A program made the translations under genes and the position numbers. Below the pieces are notes generated by a model that had not been told where the DNA came from, searched no databases, and saw only the letters and a list, made by a program, of their open reading frames with translations. This document shows positions 55,033 through 64,000 of a stretch of 64,000 nt of DNA, one piece after another. Where the stretch lies: NCBI GenBank assembly GCA_951406725.2, contig OX597824.1, positions 52,390,001 through 52,454,000 on the forward strand. Direction: 5' to 3'. Numbering within the stretch: the first letter of the stretch is position 1; each line of letters opens with the position of its first letter. Origin of the DNA: Octopus vulgaris. Taxonomy: Eukaryota.

Positions 55033-55720
55033 TATATACGTGTGTGTGTGTCTAGTGTTGAAAAGAAAGAATACAAGGCGAACAGTCAGACGAAAGCAGA
55101 GTAAACGGGAAAACAGACGAAAAGTAAACAGAGAATTAGAAAACGACACGATACACGGAATATTCGCAGCTGAGTTTCCCTCTTCACTGAAAGACGCAAA
55201 ATATGATAGCAGTTTCACGCCACTTAACTTTGATACTGCTCAATTTTGCAGGCGCCAGTACTTTTACTAAGCTACTGAGAAAATGTAATCGATTGTGTGC
55301 TAAGACATTGTATTAATACAAACAAGACATTATAAAAATACGACAATGAATTATGCATATATGACATCACGAAGCCTTACGGCTATATGCAAATCGAAGG
55401 AAAGATAGTACTAATTATACATATACAACAAATACAACAGAAAGGGCTTCGCAGCTGTCGCACGAAATGAGTGGGGTTGCTCAAAGAGAAAATAGAGCAA
55501 GTCCTAGAGAACAGTACAGACGTAGCAAGAGCGTGACCAGTCTGGTCAAAGATAAGGCAAAAAAGAACGACACCGCTTTTTCCTGGCACCACTCACATGG
55601 TATGGAAGAGGAAGTATTGAAAGAGGGAAAGAGGGGGAAAAGAGAGAAAGACAGAGAGAGAACAAAAGAGCAGAATAAGTGAGAGTGTGAGAGGGGAAAG
55701 ATGCAGCATTATATATACAT

Positions 55721-55751
<31 letters not shown>

Positions 55752-55754
55752 TTT

Positions 55755-58212
55755 ACTTGTTTCAGTCATTTGAGTGTGGCCATGCTGGAGCACCCCCTTT
55801 AGTCGAGCCAATCGTCCCCAGGACTTATGCTTTGTAAGCCTAGTACTTATTCTATCTGTATCTTTTGCCGAACCGCTAAGTTACGGGGACGTAAACACAC
55901 CAGAATCGGTTGTCAAGAGATGTTGGGGAGACAAACACAGACACACAAACGTATACACGCAATTACATTTATATATATATACATATATACGACGGGCGTC
56001 TTTCAGTTTCCGTCTACCAAATCCACTCACAAGGTTTTGAACGGCCCGAGGCTATAGTAGAAGACATTTGCCCAAGGTGCCACGCTGTGGGCCTGAACCT
56101 GCAACCATGTGGTTGTTAAGCAAGCTACTTTATTTCATAAACTTTGTCATTATAGACAGTACAAAGAGTGTGTAGCTTTGCGGGCTGGACAAACACATTA
56201 ATGAATGAAAATGAAATAAAATGAATAAATGAGAGACGAAACCCAACACCCGCCGATTGGATTTTTCTCGAAAACATATTTTCCTTTCAAACCTCTCACA
56301 AGAATGAGGCACTAAAACCTCTTACTTAACATGTTTTTTTAAAACACACAATCGAGGTTATAAACCACTACAAATAATACAATAAGATGTTTCAAACCCT
56401 CTAACGACTTTTCACCTCCTACTCTTCGATATATCCATCGATATATTCATCATTATCTTCAATGCCGCTTGAGTTCCTGTATCCCGCCATTTCCCATGCC
56501 TCACTCATGTAGGACATGTAAGTCGTGTATGGGCCACCTGGCCATATGCGACACTCCTCCCCAAATCCTTTAAGCCTTTCTAACAAGGGAAACCTTATGA
56601 CTTCCGCAGCTATCTGCGGAGGCCATTCGGGATCCCGTGTGAAGGGCATATCTACTGTCTCTTTATTTCTATTATTTTTTCCACCTCCCCGCCCTTGTAG
56701 AAAAAGATAATTAATTCATCATATTTAAGGGTGGGGGTCATTTCTTCCACCGTGGGTGGCACAACTCCCCCTGCAATAACTCTTTCTTCTTTTTTCTTTT
56801 ATTTCTGTCTTCGGGAGAGTGGAGCTCTTCCGCTTTGTCCGGAGTCTCTCCCCCTCCTCCCGAAGCCTCTCGAAGGTTCTTTCGGCGGGCAACTATTGTT
56901 GCCCGCCTTCTTCCTTTTTAATCCTTTTTGGGTTGAAGAGGCTGAAGCCTCCTCGACCACATCCCCCTCTCCCTTTGACTGGGTAGGGAAGGTTGCATCC
57001 AGTGACTGTTCCAGGACCGTACCATGGTTCTGGGGTCAGTTCTTTTTAATGTGGGCTGGCTGCAGGCACGAGTGGCACTTGGGGGGGGGGGGAGGCATCC
57101 CTCAAGTATCACCGAATACCTGCAGCCAGCAATTTTTTTTTTAAATCTGGAAAAACCAGATCTGTTGCGACCGCTGGGGCCCACAGGGTCAAGATCGCTT
57201 TTAACCCTTCCCAATCGACCGCCGGCAATACCCTTACATTTAAGAGCCTGGGCCCGCTATTCCCCAGTCCCCGTCGGATGGTATCTTCAATCCAACCCAC
57301 TTCGGTGAATGGGGGTAACCCACATACCCAGGCTCTTATTAATTTCCTCCCGCAATACGACGGGAGGAATAGAATTTCATTGCCTTCTAAAGGCTGACTC
57401 GCAAACTGGCGAGCCTTTTCCCCGTTGTCAAACAGCAACCATATGGTTGCATGTTTGACACCACGGCATATGTATTTCACCGAGGACAAATAGTCTTTCA
57501 GTTCCTTTTCTATGATTGGTTTTGGGAAGACGGTGATGGAATCAAGAACTTTAGAATAAGTTTGAAGCACCACCGTCCTCTCCTCCATATCTTTTAACCA
57601 CTGCTTAGGCAGGTTAATTTCCCACTCTAGGACAGAGTTCTTTTTAAGTTCTTTCTCTGCCATGTTCAAAAAACAGTTCAAAAGTAGTTCAAAAGATAGT
57701 CTGCCAAAAAATTAAACCGAATAAAAATAAAACAAAATAAAAGTGAAGGAAAGGAAACTGAAATTAAAATAATGAAAAGAATGAACCAAAATTTAGAAAG
57801 AAAGAAAAAATAGAAGGGAAAAATAAAACAAAATCCTCACAAATAGCACAGACAGGGAATCTTTTGTATAATACTCCAAACAAGTAATCCAATCATTCTT
57901 GAAGTTTCCAGTTCAAAAACTTATTCTTGGGTTATTCTTGAAGTATACCAGTTCGAAAAAATTCCACTTTTTCTGGCGAGAAACGCCCACCAGAATTTAC
58001 AAAAATAATTTTCAAGCAAAAATTTTCAATTGACCGTTATGGTGATAAGAACACAATATTTCGCGAGCCATAATTGACAATTTTTCTTTTTGTTCTTTTT
58101 TTCTATTCACGGAGCCGAAACTCACATCTTCTCACTGTAACAGTCCATACCAACTAGTGTTGCATTCTGGGTAACCGGAAGTAAGCAAGCTTACCACACA
58201 GCCACTCCTACG

Positions 58213-58215
<3 letters not shown>
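55755..58215 (-). mobile_element. tRNA SINE (24637 family) split by a 2-kb insertion
   Basis: The body lies at 55755-56128 and the head at 58182-58215. Confidence 0.75.
56129..58181 (-). mobile_element. Complete ~2.05-kb ORF1-only (half-L1-like) L1/Tx1-type element
   Basis: TSD TAAGCAAGCT at 56117-56126 and 58182-58191. It starts 5'-CTTCCGG and ends in AATAAA. ORF 57681-57109 continues by frameshift into the knuckle CHSCLQPAHIKKN*. No EN or RT. Confidence 0.65.
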
Positions 58216-58252
<37 letters not shown>

Positions 58253-59657
58253 ATAAATAGATATTGAGAGAGATTGCGTTTGTGTGTGTGTGTGTGAATA
58301 CATGCATTTGCGTAAAATCCTGTGTGAATATCAAGAAATAAACAAAATTTGCATATCTGTTTTCTTTATATATTTTCACTCATACACACATATATGTATA
58401 TATACTGTGTGTGTGCATGTATGAAAAGGAGGAGTAGCTGTATGAAGATACGGCAGTTCCTGTGTGAGTATTTGTGTACGCGGTGACTGTATGTGCCCAA
58501 GTATGTACGTCTAGGTCTTCGTGCGTTTGTATATGTGTTTGTGAGCCTGGGTGCGTTTATTTTTACCGCTTTCATCCAAATTTCTAGACTATTTCTATTG
58601 CAGTGTTTGAGATTAATCTGCTTAGATCGTTGATGTAATTTAATAAGCTAAAAATTTCGCATGCAATATACAAGAGAAAGTTTAAAGCACCGAGAATAAA
58701 CATAAAACTAACACCAACTCCACCACCAAACCAAAATAAACAAAAAAAGTAACAATAACAACAAAACAACAATACAAATAACTTAATACTTAACTCAACG
58801 GGAAAATAATCATCTGATGATAGATTATTTATGGCGTACATTATTTCTCGTAGTAATATATTTGTGTGCATGTATGTGTGAGTTGGTGTTTATATTTGTG
58901 TACGTGATACGTATATATGTATAAATGTGTGTGTGTATGTGTGTGTGTGCGCGTGCGTGCTTATTTGTACATAGAAACACACCCACGCATACATGCATAT
59001 ATACACATACATACACACACATAAATACATACATACATTCATACATAGACGAAAGAAAAGGAGCACTCAATGCATAGATATTATTATTTGAAAAGCAGTT
59101 AGTTATTTAGCTCATTGCCATTGTTATTCGTAGCGTTACACACATACTCGAGGTATAGGCATTTGATCAGCCAAGCAATATTGTGCTTAATGTTTATAGA
59201 GCACTTGTAAGGTTAGTTCTTGTTTATTAAGTTTTGTCACGTGAATGGAAGGTTATCTGGTTAAATCCGCCACCCAACCGAAAAGTCACCAAGAAGATAT
59301 CTTGAATTTTCTGAGACTTTTCTTTCACAAATAAAAAACATAATAAATTCTGGAACTCACGCAATTTTGAGATTACAACAGCACCTGCGAGATCAAATAA
59401 CACAATCGCGAAGACCCATCAAGCAAGTTCTCTTAAAAGCCAAAGTGTAACTCTCAAAATCAATGCAAGTGTGCTTAGAGAATCCTGCCTCTCTTAAGAA
59501 TTCATTTACCGAGAAACAATTACAGATTTGGACGGTATTAACAAAAATTACATTTGATAGCACCGAACATTTTCAAGGGTCATTTCCTTTCGCTCAGATT
59601 AATCGTCCGAAGATCAATAACGAAAAACATGAAATTACGTTTTGGAATATTTCAGTT

Positions 59658-59719
<62 letters not shown>

Positions 59720-62277
59720 ACTCTCTCTCTCTCTCTTTCACTCTCTCTCTCTCCCCCTCTCTCTCTCTCTCTCTCTCTAACTGTAATAATATATTAACCA
59801 CTGATAAACTGTCAACATAGTGATTGTACTTTAAGAAATAATTATAAAGCTACTAGAATGCAACAACTCCGATAGAAACAAAAATAGTAAAAGATGAAGG
59901 AGAAGAGAAAGGAGAAGGGAAAAGAGGAGGAGGAGGGTTATAAACTCATTACCTGTTTACCACTCAAATGCAACATCATTATCAAGAGGACGTGTAACTT
60001 TCTGTTGCCATAAAAGCAGAAGGTGTTTGAGAAAGTAGCTATGGGTGCAAGGATTAGCAACTCATGAATAACACTATTTTGTAAGAGGTCAAATCAAAGA
60101 AGATGAACATGTTATAAGTAAGGATTAACCACAATAAGTCATTTGCCAGTGTTCCAAACTCCTGTATAAGAAAAGAGCTCCAAGCTCTACAAAATCTACC
60201 CAGCAACCATCGACATTAGCACGGGGAACATGAAAACTTGAAAGACCGCTCTAAATCTACTCCGTGCAGGATCGATCAGAAACATCGAGAGTAATCAACT
60301 TAAGAAGCAGGATCTTTCATGAGGTCTAATTATCACCTGTTGCCACTAGAAACAGTGTCAGAACTTACTAGTCTACCTAACAGTTACGAGTTGCAAGTAC
60401 CACACACAGAAAAGGAAAATGACTAACCACTGACAACCTCACGACATTTGTCAACTCACACTGTCAAAGCCTTCAGCGATAATATCAAATGGATTTCTAA
60501 GTTGATAACTGTGTGAAAGCCACCGTCTGAAAAATAAGTAACCACGACGGTTAACACATACCTTGAGAATGACAGTGTGACCAATGAACTAGACAAAAAT
60601 TGGCACACAGGAACCTAACAGAAAATGGAGGTAATTTCTTACATGCGGTCATGAAGGAGATCCAGAAAAAGACACATGAAAATGCAAATGTTAGAAAAGA
60701 CCTAACAAAATAGATTTCATGTTATCGGTACTGTTGCAGTGGACGCAAACTTTTGAAAACCGAATTCTGCAGGAAAAACGTTTGCGCGAGACGAAATTAA
60801 GGGGGATTTAGCTCTGTAGTGGACTGCTGGGACAAAGGGATGCGAGGGTGCTTGGCGAAATAATGGGGATGACGCAACGAGTAGAGGTGATTGAATGGAG
60901 CAATTCGGTGGGATTGGATATGGATATATGTGGTATGCATCTCGCGATCCAGAGGATCAGAGATTATTGCAGCCGACATAAAAATGATAAGAAATGATAG
61001 AGGAAAGAAGCAGCAAATCTGTGGACCACTAGTTGTATAAACGTACACTACATCACACACTATATAATAGTGAATTATTTATTGGTTAGAAAATTCCATT
61101 GATCCAAAATTACAGAAAATATATTTCGTGTTTATTTACCCTTGTATATATTTTGTGAGGGATTAAAATATGTAGGGCATGTATATTGTAGGAGAGGGTT
61201 GGTAGACGTTATTGTATGCACTTGTGCAAACTGCGGCAATGTAATTTTATGTTAATTCTATGAGAGGAACGAGCGGTGATGGTAGGCATCTATACAACTG
61301 AAGGGAAAATTATGTCTGTCAATGTGTTGGGAAGAAGCAGAAATATTTACAGTTTCGAACAGAATGCTTTATCAAGAAATTATTCCTCTTAAAGAAAAAC
61401 TGAATCCGCTGTAATTCCGAAATGTAAAGAAAATGAAAAAAAATTAAAGGCAGCTCTGGATTAATATTAATATCCTGGCAAATGATGACATTATTTCTGA
61501 TCCATGAGATGAGTTGAGATCTGTTTGAGAAGATGGCGCGTGGGGGGGGGATAAATAGGAGATGAATATGTAGTTTAAAAAGACGTTTAAGAAATGAAAG
61601 CAAAAGCAAGAATAGAGAACGACAAAATATGAATGAAAGACCGAAAGAAAATAAAGAAAAATGAAGTAAAAAAGTAAAAGAAAAAAAGGAAAATAGTGGA
61701 AAAGAGAAGAGAAAATGAGAGATATAATGAGGGAACGGATTATGTGAAGAAAAATTGCAAGAAAACGCAAAACGTTTGTAAATACTGAATGGAAAATGTT
61801 AAATAAATAATTAATGAATAAATAAGAATCATATGAAGGATGAGGTTCATAACAGAACAAATATATATGAAGTAAAACCTATGGTAGAGTGAGATTCATT
61901 ACCAAACAAGATTCTGTGCAGATAAAAGCAAAGAAATTTTACTGAGAGAAATTATTATTTGCTAAAAATATTATATGTGTAGGTGTGTGTGCGTGTGTGC
62001 GTGTATGTGTACGTGCATGCGCGTGTGTTTTTCTCTCATACATATACATATCTCTTTCTATATCTATCTGTCTATTTATTTGTTTGTTTATTTATCTAGT
62101 TATCTATCTATCTAACTATCTATCTATCTCCATCTCTCTCTGTGTCTCTCTCACTGTCTCTCTCCCCCTCTCTCTCTCTATATATATATGTATATATACA
62201 TACAAGAATATATACAGATAGATAGATAGACATGCATATATATATACATGTATATATATATGTATGTATGTATATAC

Positions 62278-62383
<106 letters not shown>

Positions 62384-63144
62384 GTCTCTCGTGCGTTTAT
62401 GCATTTTTCACTCGTGGTGCTCGCTACTTAATAACTATTTTTTATTTATTTATAATTGAACGCCACGCAGCCTTGTCCACTGTAAGTTCTTACATGTATA
62501 TATAATTTCTACGACTCTACACTCTGTTTTCTTTCTTTCTCTCTATCTCTCTATAATCCTTTATATTTCTCGATTTCCCCCTTCTTCTTTGCTGTCTTCT
62601 GTCTGTCTTTCTTCCACTCCTTAATATCTTTTGTTCCTTCTCCCTTCTGTATCCCTTAGTTTCTTTTCCTTATCCTCTCTCTTGTCCCCTTCCTCTCTGT
62701 CTCTTTCTCACCGAGACTACAGGCCATTTCTCTCACCCATGTCTTTACTGAACGTGACCGCCACCGCGCTGGATGTCGTTTCTCTCGCCTCCCGACATTT
62801 TTCTCTTCTACTCTTTACATCTCTTTATTCTATTTCCTTTATGGCGTTACCCATTACAATTCGTCTTGGCCTAACGGCCCATAATGTTCGTCTTCGTTGA
62901 TTGTTTCCTTCCTACATCCACTCTGTTGTTGTTTATTCGTTCGAAGCCCTAATTTTCCACAAGCTTTACATTTTAAAATTTTCTGGATGCTACTGTCTTA
63001 TGAGGTTTTCCTATTTTGACGTTAAAAGCACGAAATGCGTCAGTAAGACAGTTGACAACTGATGAGCGAGTTTTCTTCTGTTATTTTTTCCGTACTAGTC
63101 ACTCGTGTCTTTACGTATTTTCCCCCGTTGGTGATGTCCTGTAC

Positions 63145-63209
<65 letters not shown>

Positions 63210-63236
63210 AAGGGTGAAAAGGAACACACGAGTTGA

Positions 63237-63687
63237 TATATATGAAAAAACAAGTCAAAATAGAAAATGCTAAAATAATTTTATAAAGAACATTTCAGTA
63301 CCGGTTTCAGTCATTTTGAGACCTTTTCAACTGTAACGATTAAATAATTAAATTTAGAAAAATTAAAACAAAAGTTTTTTTAAAGGAATATTTGTAGTGT
63401 TCAAATATAAGTGGCATTGTGCCTTTCTCTGTCTCCCTTGTTTGCACTTGTGTGTTCGGCCTCGAACATACAAGTGCAAGCAAGGGAGACAGAGAAAGGC
63501 ACAATGCCACTTATATTTGAACACTATACAAATATTCCTTTAAAAAAACTTTTCTTTTAATTTTTCTAAATTTAATTATTTAATCATTACAGTTGAAAAG
63601 GTCTCAAAATGACCGAAACCGGTACTGAAATGTTCTTTATAAAATTATTTTAGCATTTTCTATTTTGACTTGTTTTTTCATATATAT
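63237..63687. repeat. ~450-bp palindrome (4-nt loop) with an HHR in each arm
   Basis: The arms meet at GTTCG-gcct-CGAAC (63454-63467) and have few mismatches. Both sides are flanked by (TA)n. Confidence 0.95.
63586..63631 (+). ncRNA. Minimal hammerhead, U3-A8 variant (mirror copy at 63292-63337, minus)
   Basis: ATTACAG-TTGAAAA-GGTC tcaaaat GACC-GAAA-CCGG-TA-CTGAAAT. Confidence 0.75.
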
Positions 63688-63745
<58 letters not shown>

Positions 63746-63877
63746 GTATATATATATATTGTTATATTTCGGAATGGTCATATTGCCAGTTTAGCCAATA
63801 AAAACACACGCACTATATATTTGGTGTTATTTTGCTTCAGTGATATTTATTTTTTACATTAATCTTAATCTTATTTC

Positions 63878-63922
63878 GGCCAGAGTTCTTTCTTCACACT
63901 CCTGTGACCTCATCAGTGGTCC
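63878..63922 (-). ncRNA. Hammerhead motif, same family as 22266
   Basis: GGACCA-CTGATGA-GGTCACAggagTGTGAA-GAAA-GAAC-TC-TGGCC. The downstream TTGGCTAAACTGGCAA.ATGAC is shared with 22379-22400. Confidence 0.65.
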
Positions 63923-64000
63923 TTTGTTTTCTTCTTTCGTATTTGTGTCTCTCCTTACTAACCGTCAGCCATTTTGTATTTCTATTGTATGTCTTCATTT

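Noticed and set aside
59355-59640. Possible minus-strand first exon (GTGAGT donor near 59360, next to a GA/CT repeat)
   Set aside because: No convincing reading frame or partner exons. Transcript data would be needed.

Overview
AT-rich, repeat-saturated animal genomic DNA. The SINE families and microsatellite load suggest a cephalopod such as octopus (inference). No host protein-coding gene could be supported. The window is a mosaic of mobile elements: a 5'-truncated Penelope-like element (RT plus GIY-YIG), a near-full RTE-type LINE with an internal 581-bp duplication, several R4/Dong-like REL retrotransposons next to (TAA)n with the RT core deleted, ORF1-only L1/Tx1-like elements, a full-length mariner, a non-autonomous Helitron, a probable Sola-like transposase relic and many tRNA-derived SINEs. 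The main unannotated signal is a swarm of type I hammerhead ribozyme (HHR) motifs: 8 clear cores and several decayed ones, from at least 6 unrelated short elements. Most lie beside (TA)n tracts, and one sits at the 3' end of the Penelope element. Two of these elements form ~450-510 bp near-perfect palindromes carrying an HHR on each strand. The cores include a compensatory U3-A8 variant. A candidate HDV-like ribozyme marks the 5' end of an RTE-type 5'UTR. All folds and alignments were done by eye.
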